From positions 1 to 62,799 of IMG/VR virus record IMGVR_UViG_3300016472_000673: a stretch of 62,799 nucleotides of DNA. One strand, 5' to 3'. The notes beneath the pieces are model-generated. The model was not told the DNA's origin, ran no database searches, and saw nothing but the letters and a program-made list of their open reading frames with translations. This document shows, one piece after another, positions 38,921 to 52,207 of the stretch. The DNA is from a virus. Taxonomy: Duplodnaviria; Caudoviricetes. Position 1 is the stretch's first letter. Every line of letters begins with the position of its first letter. A program made the position numbers and the translations under genes.

Positions 38921-39253
38921 ATGAAACAAATTAATGAAGTTAAAAGAATGCAACAATTAGCTGGTATTTTGAAAGAAAATATGGAAATGGAAGAGATAGA
39001 TTTTGAAAGTCAACTTAAAAATAATATAGAAAATGCTATAAATACTGAATATGAAAACATACATGGTAAAGTATTTGCTGGAGGAGTAAAAGAATACGCT
39101 AATATGTATGTTGATGAAGGAAAATACTTGAAATATAGTGGTATGAATATTGATGAAATAACTCAAAAGTTAATTGAAGACGCAGAAAATGAAATTAGTG
39201 CAGAAATGGAATCCTCAGATATAGACAATCCATTTGAAGATCCTAATTATTAA
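38921..39253 (+). CDS. Acidic protein, possible internal head protein
   Basis: INEVKRMQQLAGILKE leader; class II element at ~38898. Confidence 0.5.
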   Translation: MKQINEVKRMQQLAGILKENMEMEEIDFESQLKNNIENAINTEYENIHGKVFAGGVKEYANMYVDEGKYLKYSGMNIDEITQKLIEDAENEISAEMESSDIDNPFEDPNY

Positions 39254-39273
39254 TCAATAAAAACAAAAAAACA

Positions 39274-40654
39274 ATGAAGGTTATTAAGGAAAATTACACA
39301 ATGAAGTGGTTTGAGTTTGTTGATGAGAAACTTATTCATCATGAAGCAACTAGTGAGTATTCAATTGCTTTAACAGACGATGGTAAAATAAAAAATATCA
39401 TTAATGAATTTGGATCTTCAATAAGCGAAGGTAGTGAAGTGTTTGAGTATTTCTCAAGCAAGTACAATGGTTAATTTTAATGAAGGTAAAGACGAATCAT
39501 ATATTCGTCGCCGCAATCATCTTTTAGAGATGATGAAAAAAGAAAAATGGGATGTGGATGAAAAACCACAATGTAAAAAACGTGGTCGTAAAATCAAAGA
39601 AAAATCTAAACCAAATATTGATTTAGAAAAACCAAGAAACAAATATTATAGTTGGTTAAAATAAATGTTATGACAGAACAAGAACTAATAGACGCTGGTT
39701 TTGAAAAACTTGTAGAAGAAAATAGTAGTGAATCGTTTTATTATTACTTTTGGGAACCATATGAAATGAGTGGTTTTGGTCTTATTTCACCTGCTAATGA
39801 TGAAGTAAAAGATAATTTTTGGAAAATATACATGTTTGATAATGAAAGTATAGTATTCTCAGATATTAAAGAAATTCAAACACTTATAGATGTGATAAAA
39901 AGAAATACTAAAATCAAATAACTATGGCTAAAGCTATCCTTGAATATGATCTTACTAATCCTGATGATGTTATAGAATATAATAGAGTTAATAAAGTATT
40001 AGATTTAGCTCTAGCAATTTGGGATATAGATAGTTTTCTAAGATCAAAAATTAAATATGCTCCTGATGATATATCTCAAGAAAAGTATGAAGCATATAAT
40101 GAAGTTAGAGAAGAATTATATGAAATATTGAATAAGCATAGTATTAATATGGATAACATACTAAAATGAAAAAGTTTGAATGGTTAAAAATATTAAATAG
40201 CCCATTTAAACTGTTTAGTATTAAATGGTATATTGGTAAAACACGAATTGGAATACCTTATTTTTACCCTAGAAAATGGATTAAAAATAAAGAAAAACCA
40301 GGATACTTAAAACCTATACCACTTAAAGTAGGATTTGATTATTGTGGTTTAGGATGGAAGACTAAGTGGGATGATACTGATTTTAGATATGAATGGGGAC
40401 CTGTATTTACATTTGTATTCTTTGGTTATCAAATAGCAGCAATGGTAGGATTTAAAGATAAAGAAGCGGTTCATGCATATTGGGAAGCATGGTTATGTTA
40501 TGAATACGCTACAGATAAAACTAAATCTAAAGCAGAACGAATAGCTGAATGTAGAAAAATAATGCCTCAAATATGGTATAGGTATACTAATGGAAACAAA
40601 GAAACAATTGATTATTATGAACGTATACTTAAACCAAAATATTTAAATAAATAA
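39274..40654 (+). other. Five coupled small hypothetical ORFs (39274, ~39467, ~39669, 39924, 40166)
   Basis: Abutting or overlapping plus-strand ORFs of 66-162 aa; no function recognised. Confidence 0.6.
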
Positions 40655-40700
40655 GTTGGCAAAATAATTTTTTTATATTTATACATATAATAGCTAAAAA

Positions 40701-41759
40701 ATGCCAATCATTACAAAAGATCAATCTCAAGACAAAGCTAGTAATCGTTTAGACAGGAATTTAAACAAAAAGAAGAAACAAAAACCACTAAGTGAAGAAG
40801 AATGGAGTGAACTAACAAATAGAGGAGCTAGTTTAGCTGAGCAATTTGAATGGCTTAAAATTAAAAAACGAAAGAATGATTATAAATAATGCTGAGTTAA
40901 TGTATAAAGCATTTTTAATTGAAGCCACAACTAAACGCCTTGTATTGAAAGGAATTACTGATTGGGAAAAATTAACTAAAGAAATTGATGAACAATATCA
41001 ACCAACTACAGCAGAAGAAATGGAAATATTTAGTGAAGCTATTATATACGCTAGGTGCGCTATATTAAACTAAAAAGTTATGAATAAAACAAAATGGTAT
41101 TGGTGGTTTCCTTTTTTAGGATTATTCTTTATAGAAGAAATTACAGGATGGGTTTGGGATAGCAAACCAGAAGAACAAAAACAAAGAATATCATATTATT
41201 CTTCTATATGGACTTTACACTTAATAAGCGCTTCTATATTTATGATGATATTTATTTTAGTGGTAAAATCTTAAAATAATATAATATGGTTGCTATTATC
41301 TTGAAAGGTTTTCACTATTCTTTTGGGATAGCCCCTAAAATATACACTACACCAACTACCATTTCTAAACAAATAACATTCACTGACAGTTGTAGATATA
41401 ATCTTAATTCTGATGATCAATTAGATATAAATAAGTTATTTGGTATTGGTTATTTTCCATCACATCATCATAATAGTGTTAGGTTTGGATGGAGATATGA
41501 TTTAAAACAAGATAAAATAGAAGTGTTAGCTTATTGGTATGAAGATAAAGTAAGAAAAAATATGTCTTTATTTTTTGCTAATATAGGGAAAAAATATGAA
41601 TATGATATTCATGCAATGAAAAGTTCTCATATTTTAAGTGTTAAAAAAACAGTTGGTTATACTGTATTTGTTCCAAGTAAACATTATGGTTTTTCTCTTA
41701 ATCCATATTTTGGAGGTAATAGACGAGCACCTCACACTATGAAAATACTTATTGATTAA
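40701..41759 (+). other. Four hypothetical ORFs (40701, ~40877, 41080 membrane protein, 41286)
   Basis: Consecutive ORFs downstream of the element at ~40658. Confidence 0.6.
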
Positions 41760-41809
41760 AAGGGCAAAATAAAAGTCTTATATTTAGTTTATAATTAAAA
41801 ATAAATATT

Positions 41810-42589
41810 ATGAACACAGATCAAATGATGACAAATCACAACTACTCACTAGATGAGATTAAACAGCTTGCCCCATCTGTTTTTACAGATCAAAAAGCAC
41901 CTCACCTAACAGACAAGTACATTCAAACTCCAACATCACGTGTTGTTGAAGATTTGATGCGTTTGGGATGGCAAGTAACTAAAGCTCAAGAAATTAAAGC
42001 TCGCAAAGGTAAAGGATTTCAAAAACACATGGTTATATTTCGCAACCCAGACATTATGATTAGAGGTAATAATGGAGACGATTCATTCCCTCAAATTCTA
42101 CTTACTAATTCACATGATGGTAAATCAGCATTTAATTTTAGAGTAGGTATTTTTCGTTTAGTATGCTCAAACGGATTAGTTGTTAGTGATGCTGATTTTA
42201 ATAATGTTTCTATTAAACATATTAATTATACTTTTGAATCACTCCAGGAAAAAATAAATGGTGTGATTGAAAAGTTACCTGGTTTGGTTCAAAAAATTAA
42301 CTTGTTTAAGAGTAAAGAATTGACTCAAGAACAAATGATTGATTTTGCAACTAAAGCAGCTACACTTAGAAATAAACAAGTAGTGAATGCTATGGATTTA
42401 CTTAATGCCACTCGTGATCAAGATAATGGAAATGATTTGTGGGTAGTATTTAATCGAGTTCAAGAAAAAATACTTGGTGGTGGTTATAGTTATGGTAGAA
42501 AAAATCGTAAAGCACGTTCAATTACAAACTTTCAACAAGATATTAAAATAAACGAACAATTATTTGAATTAGCTGAAGCTTATCTTTAG
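41810..42589 (+). CDS. DUF932/DUF945 family protein
   Basis: APSVF, LTNSHDG, FRLVCSNG, LWVVFNRVQE. Confidence 0.88.
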   Translation: MNTDQMMTNHNYSLDEIKQLAPSVFTDQKAPHLTDKYIQTPTSRVVEDLMRLGWQVTKAQEIKARKGKGFQKHMVIFRNPDIMIRGNNGDDSFPQILLTNSHDGKSAFNFRVGIFRLVCSNGLVVSDADFNNVSIKHINYTFESLQEKINGVIEKLPGLVQKINLFKSKELTQEQMIDFATKAATLRNKQVVNAMDLLNATRDQDNGNDLWVVFNRVQEKILGGGYSYGRKNRKARSITNFQQDIKINEQLFELAEAYL

Positions 42590-42595
42590 TTTTTA

Positions 42596-42630
42596 AAGGT
42601 GGGGGTATTAATAACCCCCACCTTATTTTT
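42596..42630 (+). terminator. Intrinsic terminator
   Basis: aaggtgggggt-attaata-acccccacctt plus T-tract. Confidence 0.85.
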
Positions 42631-42677
42631 GGAAGGCAAAATAATTATTTTATCTTTAATTCATAAAAATAAAAGTT

Positions 42678-44167
42678 ATGATTACTTACAATTTAGAAGC
42701 AGTTAAACCCAAACTTATTGATTGGGTGAAAAGCAATGTGTCTGATTTTTGTAGTGATATGTTTAAAGAAATACAAAATGCGGCTAGACATAAATCACCA
42801 GATGATATTGAAATGTTTTTAGCTCAAATAAGAGAAACTGAAAAACTATCAGTGGATTACACTAAAATAATTAATGAAGCACAAACATTAGCTGATATAC
42901 TCAAAATAGCTGATGAAGATATTATGTTTAATATTTTTTATGAAAGAGAAGATGAAATTATGTCTATTGTTTTGGGTATTAAAATAGAACAAGTATATTT
43001 ATAGAAAAATAAAATAAAATGACCGCTGTAAACTTTATCAAGGCAATTATCAACGCACAGCATGGGTGGACTGTAGCTGATCAGTTTGAATCTACTTATG
43101 ATAACCCATCTCCAAGTAATTTTAGTGAACAAAATCAAGAAGCACTTGATTTAATTAAAGAAACTATTGAAGATCTATTTGATAGTAATCTTTTGAGTGA
43201 TGGATTGGTAGATGAACTAAATTATTATCTTGACTGTATGGAAGGTCTTGTTGATGAAAAAGAAGTAGATGATGATTATGATGATGGATTTGATGATTAT
43301 GACTATAATAAAGGTTTATTTGATATCGATTAATGGAACGGTTATTTAGAGCTTTATTTAAAACTATTATAGCTATTTTTATTTTAATGGCTATTATTAA
43401 ATATGGTAATAGTATAATATGTTTTTATGAGAAACACCCATGGATGTTAATAACAACTATATTTTTCTTGTACTATTATTATTTTTCAAAATAGGCAAAA
43501 TAAGATTTTTATATTCATTATATGAAAAAAACAGCAGTACAAGAAGTAATTGATTATATTGAAAATTCAACAAAGATAAAGTTTAAAGATACAAGTAAGG
43601 AATTATTTAATGATAAACATAAGTATCAAATAACTGAAGCTATTGAACACGTACTTGCTGGTTTTATTACTAATGATTATCTTAGATATAAGATAGCTGA
43701 AAAATATTACAATGACGTTTATGGTAATAATAGAAATAATGAAGAATAATTTAAAAAATAAGTTATGAAATACCTTATAACAACAGTTATAGTAATACTA
43801 CTGGGAGTAGTTATGTATGGTTTGTATTCATTTATGTATTTGGAATTGAATCCCCTTAAGTGGGATGATAATGTTCGTAAATCTATTAGTTTTGGTTGGT
43901 TTAGTTTATCCATGTTAATTGTTATTGTTAGATCAATGACTAAAAAAGATAAAACTGATCCATATGGAAGAAAATATATCTAAATGGGAAGAATTAGAGA
44001 ATGAATTAGATGTTTGTTCATTTGTTGCTTTTAATAAAAGTAATAAATGGTCATACAAGATTTATTCTATAACTACAGATGAGATATATGAACAAAATAG
44101 TGGTTATGAATCTAAAAATGATGCTAAAAAAGCATGTTTAGATAAGTTAATTGAATTGGCAAAGTAA
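42678..44167 (+). other. Small hypothetical ORFs (42678, 43019 very acidic, ~43334 membrane, 43522, 43765 two-TM, 43964)
   Basis: Plus-strand ORFs with A-rich starts. Confidence 0.6.
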
Positions 44168-44200
44168 ATCTATTATTTTTACTTCATAAAATTAAAAGTT

Positions 44201-44836
44201 ATGAAAGTAATAGAGAAACCATGGCGCTATGGTTCATATCTAGCCTATGAAAATATTGAAGATGAATTCATACCTATTGAACGAGGAGTAAGGGTGTTAC
44301 CTGCTCCATTCTTTTATGACAAAAAAGTATTTTTCACATTACATAGACTATATCAACCAGGTGAAAAACAATCATTCCCAAATGGTGGTTATGAAGTTAT
44401 AGACATGACCGGTGGTATTAGAAGTTATGATTTAGACCAAATCATTATTCACCCAGCAGTATTGAAACATAAAAAGATGCTGGAGAAAATGAAACGCAGA
44501 ACTGAAAAAACTCAAAAGCAAATTGATCGAGAATTAAGAAAACGTAATCGCGAAGCTAAGAAACAAAATAAAACAGGCAAACGAGGCCGCCCAGCACTTA
44601 GCCCAGAAGAAAAAGCAAAACAAGAAATAGCCAAAGCAGAAAGTAAAATACGTTCAGGTGGTAAACGAGGTAGACCTAAATCAAATATACCTAAACTAAC
44701 TACTGAAAAAATAAGTACAGGTAAACGAGGCAGACCAGCATTAAGTGAAGAAGCAAAACATCAACGTGAATTAGCTAAACTAGCAACTAAAGTTAGAAGT
44801 GGTGGTAAACGAGGTAGACCTAAGAAGGCAAAATAA
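44201..44836 (+). CDS. AT-hook DNA-binding protein (4 x KRGRP)
   Basis: Duplicated unit TGKRGRPALS..RSGGKRGRPK. Confidence 0.8.
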   Translation: MKVIEKPWRYGSYLAYENIEDEFIPIERGVRVLPAPFFYDKKVFFTLHRLYQPGEKQSFPNGGYEVIDMTGGIRSYDLDQIIIHPAVLKHKKMLEKMKRRTEKTQKQIDRELRKRNREAKKQNKTGKRGRPALSPEEKAKQEIAKAESKIRSGGKRGRPKSNIPKLTTEKISTGKRGRPALSEEAKHQRELAKLATKVRSGGKRGRPKKAK

Positions 44837-44865
44837 TTATCTTATATTTACTAAAATTAAAAATT

Positions 44866-46497
44866 ATGATGTCAGACAATGAAATTCAAAAATGGAATAG
44901 AGAAATGTTCAATGAAATGCATGAACCTATTCAAGAAAGTGTTTCTGATGCTCTAGATTATGTTAAGCATACTTTAGAAGAAGCAAAGGAATGGCATATG
45001 GAAACTGAAGTGGTGGTTTGGGCTCTAAAGTATATGAAAGATGATCCAACATTAACTATTAAACAAGCAATGTCTTACTCATTTAATGATTGGATAAAAT
45101 AAAAATAAATGAAAACATTTAAAATAACAGAAAAAGCTCCAGTTGTCTGCATTTGGACATACATAGTTGAAGCAGAAACTGAAAAAGAAGCATTAGAGTT
45201 AGTAACAAATGGTGATGTTGAAGCAGCGGAGATGAATATAGAAGTAGATTATGAAGATGCTGAATGTACATATCATATTGAAGAAAAAGAAGAGGCAAAA
45301 TAATTTTTTTATCTTTATTTAAATAATTAAAACTAAAGTACATGGCAAAAGGAAAATACCACTATTACACTGATGGCGGAGTCTTCCTAAGAGAATGTTA
45401 TGATTTTAGGATAGCTAAGAAAGAGGCAAAGAAGTTAGCCGCTGAGAGAAAAATAAATGCATACCTCTACACACATTATCCTTCCGGCAAACAGGACCTC
45501 TATACTGTGTTACCAACCGGAGAGATTATATCAAACGGTACTATGGGCCCGTTAAATAATTAAAAAAAAAGTTGGCAAAATAATTTTTATACATTTAACT
45601 AAATAAAAAGTTATGAAAAAAATTGAATTTGTAGAACGCAAAGATGTTGATGATTCCGTATGGTATTTCACCCAAGTAAATGGGTGTTATATCGTTAATT
45701 CTGGTTCTTCCAGAAAAGAAAGAGCATATGATTTTTTCAAAAATTATGTTGAAAACTCAAACAAAAAACCAGTTGAAACTGTTCTAGAAATTGTTGAAGT
45801 AGAAGAAGTAGCAGCACCATTCTAAAACAAACCATTATGAAAATTCAACTTGTCAAAGAAACAAAGTACGACAAAGCTACCTACTACATCACAACAGATA
45901 GTAATTTCAAAGCAGGTTCTATTTGTGATAATATAGCAGAAGCAATGGAAATGTTTGAAAATATCAAATATGAAGTAAGTGGTAAACGTGTTGAAGTTTT
46001 AATGCAAGAAGAACTTTAATAAATAAACTAAAAACCATGTTAATTACAAGAGTATCTCAACTAACAGGAAACAAACACACACTTGATTTACCTGTAACTG
46101 AAGAACAAATGTACCGTTTCTGGAATGGTGAGCTTGTGCAAAATGTATTTCCTCATCTAGCAGCGGCTGAACGTGAGTTTATTTTAAATGGAATCACCGT
46201 TGAAGAATGGACCAATATGTTTGGGAATGGAGAATATAATGATGATTATGATTACTATGATAATGATAATCATGATGATTACAATGAAGATTAAGATTGG
46301 CAAAATAAATTTTTTATATTTATTAAAATTAAAAAAATGTTAAATAAAATTAAACAGTTTATTTTTGGTGAAGTAGTAAAGGGTGAACCCGCCTATTCTA
46401 AAATAGAAGTTACTACTGTTGAACCAAATACATTTGTTTCATTTAATGATTGGACTAAACAATATAACGTGTCTAGCCGATTTGAAAGAGCAAAATA
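44866..46497 (+). other. Small hypothetical ORFs (44866, 45109, 45342, 45613, 45837, 46037, ~46337)
   Basis: 53-85 aa, several acidic, most behind a class I element. Confidence 0.6.
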
Positions 46498-46652
46498 AAA
46501 ATTTTAAATTTAATAAATGATATATTTTTTACTGATTATGATTATTTTTTATTTAGCTGCTATAAATAAAAATATAAAATTTAAAAAATAGTTTTTTAGG
46601 TAAAATAAAGATTGTATATTTAATTATTATTTAAACAATTAAAACAAAGGTT

Positions 46653-46889
46653 ATGAACAACGAAACGATGAATGTAGAAACAAAGCGCCGCGGAAGGCCG
46701 GTTGTTGAGAACAGTGCTCGTCAACTGAAACTCGCAGCACAAGCAGCACGTGGTGAAGTAAAACGAGGCCGTCCCGCGAATCCAAGTTCAAATCGCCAAA
46801 CCAAAATTGCAGCACGAATGATTGTAGTTGCAAATGGTGGTGAAGTGAAGCGTGGTAGACCCAAGATGATAAAAGAAGTGGTTGCGTAA
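46653..46889 (+). CDS. AT-hook protein (3 x RGRP)
   Basis: RRGRP, KRGRP, KRGRP; paralogue of ORF 52208. Confidence 0.8.
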   Translation: MNNETMNVETKRRGRPVVENSARQLKLAAQAARGEVKRGRPANPSSNRQTKIAARMIVVANGGEVKRGRPKMIKEVVA

Positions 46890-46901
46890 GCAACCACTGA
46901 T

Positions 46902-46985
46902 ACCTGGGTGGAGTAATGGAAGCCTCGACAGACTTAAAATCTGTTGGTCAGAATGACCGTGCGGGTTCGATTCCCGCCCCAGGTA
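46902..46985 (+). tRNA. tRNA-Leu(TAA)
   Basis: acctggg/cccaggt, acaga-cttaaaa-tctgt, variable stem, A73. Confidence 0.92.
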
Positions 46986-47020
46986 CTGATAGTCATACTT
47001 TTAATTTTTAATGGTGAAAC

Positions 47021-47052
47021 GACCTGGAGTGTCTACTCCGGGTCTTTTTTTT
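47021..47052 (+). terminator. Intrinsic terminator
   Basis: gacctggagt-gtct-actccgggtc plus T8. Confidence 0.9.
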
Positions 47053-47104
47053 AAAGGTTGGCAAAATAAAAGTTTTATATTTAATCAATTAAAAAATAAA
47101 AGTT

Positions 47105-50100
47105 ATGAAACTAATTTACACAAAACGCGAACTTCAAGAACTAGACACAATTGAACAAGCTTGGGATGGTGATGAATTAAAAATTGATAATGGCAATACA
47201 CGTGTATGGTTAACACATACAGAAAATAGACAATACAATGGTGATTATACTGTTGAAATAAATATAAATGGTGATTGGACTCAACATTATATGTTGTTTG
47301 AATAAGAATGGCAAATTAATTTATTATATTTATTAAAATTAAAAATTATGTCACCAGTAGAACAGCTTTACACTATGATTATTGGTCTCTTGCCCGACGA
47401 GGTACTTAAAGAGCATGGACAAACCATTCTCATGGAGTCCCTCAGGCTCAGGACAGAGGAGAAGAACAGGCTCAAGGCAGCCTGGCTAGAATCGAGGGTA
47501 TCAATGGGTGGTTGGGACGATTTTGAGGAGTTCTACGCCAAGTTTAAGAAAATATAGAAAAATAAAGTTGGCAAAACAATTCACTATATTTATTGAAATT
47601 AAAAGGTTATGAAAAACAATACAACAACATCTTACCAAGCCCCTGAAGTAACTTTACTCATCAATATACTAAAAAATATTGATGGTGAGACTATGCAATA
47701 TCTTTTAAAAACAGTTGGTATGGAGCAACAAATGCTTCGTCAATTAATTATGACATCATCTGACAGTGATATTCAATATTTACTTGAAGAAAAAAAATCC
47801 ATATCTAAAGTCTAGATTAAAGTTGGCAAAACAATTTTTTTATTTTTAATTAATAAAATTAAAAGTTATGAACAAAAATGAACGTCTTTATTTGTTGGAT
47901 GATGCACAATGTAAACTTTCTGAGGCAATTGAACTTATTGAAACTGCTCTTAAAGGCACTAAATATGAAGCACACGCCAGAGCTTATATTTTAGGTCACC
48001 TTAAAAATTGGATTGATGCTCATAATTCTTATAATATGGGTATTCAACAATACATGGACGCTTTGATTGATGAAGAGGTTGAAAATTAATAAATAAGGTT
48101 GGCAAATTATTTTTCTATATTTATTAAAATTAAAAATTAAAAAGGTTATGAAAGTAAAAAAACATCTCACAAACCGGGACGTTCTTATCAAAGCAGTTAA
48201 GGAATTGAATGACATTGAATTAGTATTTCTTAGGGAACGTATTCTCACATCTTGTGATTCTATTCTTGATCATGAAGATGAGTACCTTGAAAATGCTAAA
48301 AATAATTTCAGTTTTGTAGAACCTAACTTTTACATCAAGACTATAAAAAATATCAAACAAAAAGTAGATTTTATTGATTAATCAAGGTAGGCAAAATAAT
48401 TTTTTATATTTAATTAAATAATAAAAATAAAGGTTATGACAAAACAACAGACAATCGAAAAGCTCAAACAGCAGATGCCCAGCTTCTACTCGCTGGAGCA
48501 AGTCATTGAAATCGTGGCAGGGATTGACTGCGGGAGTTTTGTACCCGAAGCCCGTATCGAGATGGCCGTGAACGCGGCGAGGAAGGCAATCAGGGATGCT
48601 GTAAGGGACTTCGATCCAAATGACCATGGCTACGAACTCGAAATGAATGGTAACGAGGTCTACATCTCGTCCATAGACCTCGACGAGAGCACCTTCGCCG
48701 ACTCTGTCGAGGATGCGATAAGGGAAGCATTCAGCGCAGAATAAAAAAAGTTGGCCGGATCATTGGTGATCCGGCCACTTCTTCTTGTTTTCAAGTATAA
48801 TCAAAACTAAATACATGAAAATAGAACTAACAAACATGCAGCTACAAAACCTATACTATGTAGCTAATAAGGTGAAATTAGAAAAGGAGAAGGGAATGTT
48901 CGCAATGATCGAAATGAATGAACTAGATGAACTAATTGAATTACTTGATAATGCAATAGAAGAAAATAATAAGCAATTCAGACAAGAATTGTGGAATAGC
49001 GTTGCTAAAACTATGGATAAAATGAAGTCAAAATAATTTATTAATTTCACTACAAATAAAAATTAAATAGTATGAATGATATTTTCATCTCCCATAAAAC
49101 TGACCTTATCGGTCCGGTGCGCATCGAGAAATTCCGTCTACATGACGGGTACTTCTTCGACATGGTATATGACTATATGACTGGCCGCCACATGATCTCG
49201 GAACTTTTCGACGATTGTGGCGAACTTGTAGATACTAACTATGACGATGGTGATGAATATATTGCGCTCCTTGAAGAGGAAGCAGCAATAATGATGGCAA
49301 AATAATAACTATACATTTAACTATTAAAAATTAAAACACATGAAACTACTATCTCAAACCCAACGAACAGTTAATTATTATCAATTTGAAGTTGAAGGAC
49401 GAATAATAAATGTTACTGACTTTTTAGATGATAGAGGAAAAATAATAGATACTATTTTTGAAGATCCTACTGGAAATCCAATAGAGTTGGAACTCCAAGA
49501 TCAAATATGTGACATGATAGACACAATAAATGGTTAAGGAGGTCAAAATAATTTACTAATTTTATTTTAAATAAAAATATAATAATTATGAAACAAGAAA
49601 CATTTAAGGTGTCCACAAACATGCACCTAGAAAATTCATTTAGTGTCATCGCGTCTAATATAGGTGCTGAAGTTGAGGTCACTGTAGGTATTCACAAAGA
49701 AGGGAAAACCGGGTGGTTTGAATTTTATGACGTTAACTCAGAAGATGAGGAATGGCATGCAGAAGGTGGGTTGTGGTTTAGTAATAATACATTGACTGAT
49801 TATGATGGAGTTTTTGACATTCCTGTCTTTGTTCTAGATAAACTTAAGGAGTGGGGATATGCTGTAGATGAATTTTATAGTTGAAATTAGGAAGTCAAAA
49901 TATTTTTTTAATTTCACCTCAAATAAAAATTAAATAGTATGAACAACTACATTGACAGTTACAAAAAACTGTACTCTACTCTTGGATCATTTCAACAATA
50001 TGCGTCGAATGACACATTAATTCCTTGTTATGGTTGGATCAATAATAATTACGAAGCAGGATATTACTATAAAAGTCAAGCCGCTGAGCGATTGAAGTAT

Positions 50101-51008
50101 GATTGTGATGTAGTTGATCAAATCATATATCTTCAGGGTACAAATAGATTTACCCTTGAAAACCTAAAGCACCAAAACTGGCTTCAACATGTTGAGTTGA
50201 TTAAGGATTTTTACGAACTAAAATCCGAAACACTCCATGAAATACAAAAGGAAATGAAGAGTATGTATAAAGAAGTGTATAAAAAAGTACCGCGTATAAG
50301 CCAAAATGAACTTAGGTAATAAGGAAGTCAAAATAATTTATTAACTTTATTTCAAATAAAATTAAAAATTATGACAGTAGCTAATGAATTTGAATTCGAA
50401 GATATGTCAACTGAAGAAGAATGGTTGAATGTAGAATTCTATGGAGACGCATCCGTAGAAAACGACGGTATTGGCTCTTATGAGTATTGGGGATTCAAAG
50501 GTTATGATCATGGTCATGATTATTTTATAGTAGAAAACATAACATGGGATAAAAACAAATATACTGAACAACAAAACCAAGAAATAAATAAATACTTGGA
50601 AAACAATTGGGATAAAGTACATGATCAATTGTGTGATGTGGCAGAAGGAATATCTAAAGATTATATCTAATAAAGACTAAAGTAGTCAAAATAAAATACT
50701 AATTTCACCTCAAATAAAAATTAAACATTATGACACAAGAACTATTTAATCAAATCTTTGACCAACTACAGCACAATCAGGAACTTCAAAAAGAATGGGA
50801 GAATGAATACCCAGAATATGCTAAATCACAACCATTCTATTTTGGTATCAAATATACACTAACAACACATTTTGAAGGTCCATTAACTATAGCTTATGGA
50901 TTAGCTCCTGAAAATATGGCGGGGAAATGTTTGATAATCAATAGTGATTATCGCATGGAGACGTTTAGATATGGTTGTGAAGATATGATTAAGTTTATTA
51001 AAAAATAG
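47105..51008 (+). other. Thirteen single-gene cassettes (47105, 47348, 47609, 47868, 48148, 48436, ~48815, 49072, 49340, 49588, 49939, 50371, 50730)
   Basis: 65-126 aa, no recognisable domains; all but ~48815 preceded by their own element. Confidence 0.7.
48752..48777. other. Perfect 11-bp GC-rich hairpin
   Basis: tggccggatca-ttgg-tgatccggcca. Confidence 0.75.
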
Positions 51009-51432
51009 TGTAATAAGGAAGTCAAAATAATTTACTAACTTTATTTCAAATAAAAAATTAAAATAACATGAACACAATTATCATGACAACCCAACTGAGT
51101 GCTGCTATTGTTGTTTGGGGATTAATTGCTTATGTTATTGTTAATAATGTACGGAGTTTGTGTAAAAAATAAAATGTATTAAATTAATGGATGGAAATAG
51201 ATGTTAGAGGGTGGAAAACAATAAAGCGTTATGTAGTATTTTTTTATGTAGTTTTGTTATAGTATGTGGAATGATGTTAGTGTAAAGTTATGTTGTGATG
51301 TGATAATGGTTCCCTTTTTTTCTGCCCTGCCTAATTTTTTTTCTAAACCCAATTTTTCCTCATTCTATTTTTTTTTTCAATAAAAAGGCAAAACAATTTT
51401 TTTATATTTATTTAAATAAAAAATTAAAACGT

Positions 51433-51612
51433 ATGAACGAACAATTTTACGCCTGTCTTAGGTATGGATGTGTATGGACAGACGCAGTCAAAAACATGAG
51501 ACCCGAATACAGTTATGGCACAGAAATCTATTTCTTCGAGACCATGGAAGAGGCAGAAAAGAAAGCCTCTGAACTTCGGGAAAATATTAAAAATTGGGGA
51601 GATTGGGGTTGA
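51433..51612 (+). CDS. Hypothetical protein (59 aa, not in ORF track)
   Basis: MNEQFYACLRYG..NWGDWG*; element at ~51387. Confidence 0.6.
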   Translation: MNEQFYACLRYGCVWTDAVKNMRPEYSYGTEIYFFETMEEAEKKASELRENIKNWGDWG

Positions 51613-51669
51613 GTCAATAGGGAAGTCAAAATATTTTATTATATTTATTAAAATTAAAAATTAAAAATT

Positions 51670-51798
51670 ATGATAGAACTGAATGAAACAGAAGCAGCAA
51701 TAGCAATTGCAGTAATAGATGAACTTAGTGACTATTACAATGAAGAAGCATGGCAATCGTATTACGAACAATATTATGAAGAAGACAAATGGGTATAG
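51670..51798 (+). CDS. Very acidic 42-aa protein (not in ORF track)
   Basis: MIELNETEAAIAIAVIDELSDYYNEEAWQSYYEQYYEEDKWV; flanked by two elements. Confidence 0.65.
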   Translation: MIELNETEAAIAIAVIDELSDYYNEEAWQSYYEQYYEEDKWV

Positions 51799-51856
51799 GA
51801 AGTCAAAATTAATTATTATATTTATTAAAATTATTTCACCATTAAAAATTAAGGTT

Positions 51857-52084
51857 ATGAAAATTGAGTCGACATTAATCAACATCACTACTGAAATATT
51901 CAATACAAAGGATGTACTCGAATGTAAAAAAATCTTGACTGATCATATTTTGAAGTGTGGAATCAAAGAAATAGATAAAAAGAAGATACAATTCAACCTC
52001 ACTCAAATCAACACACACACTCAACTGTGGAAGTATGTTTCAAATCTTATACTGAGGTATGAAGGGTTGGGAATAAATTGGTAG
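51857..52084 (+). CDS. Hypothetical protein; start moved to ATG 51857
   Basis: Element at ~51802 lies inside the listed longer ORF; aaggttATG start context. Confidence 0.65.
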   Translation: MKIESTLINITTEIFNTKDVLECKKILTDHILKCGIKEIDKKKIQFNLTQINTHTQLWKYVSNLILRYEGLGINW

Positions 52085-52207
52085 AAATAATTTATTATAT
52101 TTAGCCATTAAAAAATTAAAATTATGTTTGCAAGCAAAGAAGTCAAAATAAAATATTATATTTAATTGTTGAAAAAATAATTATTCATCATTAAAAAACA
52201 AAAGCAA

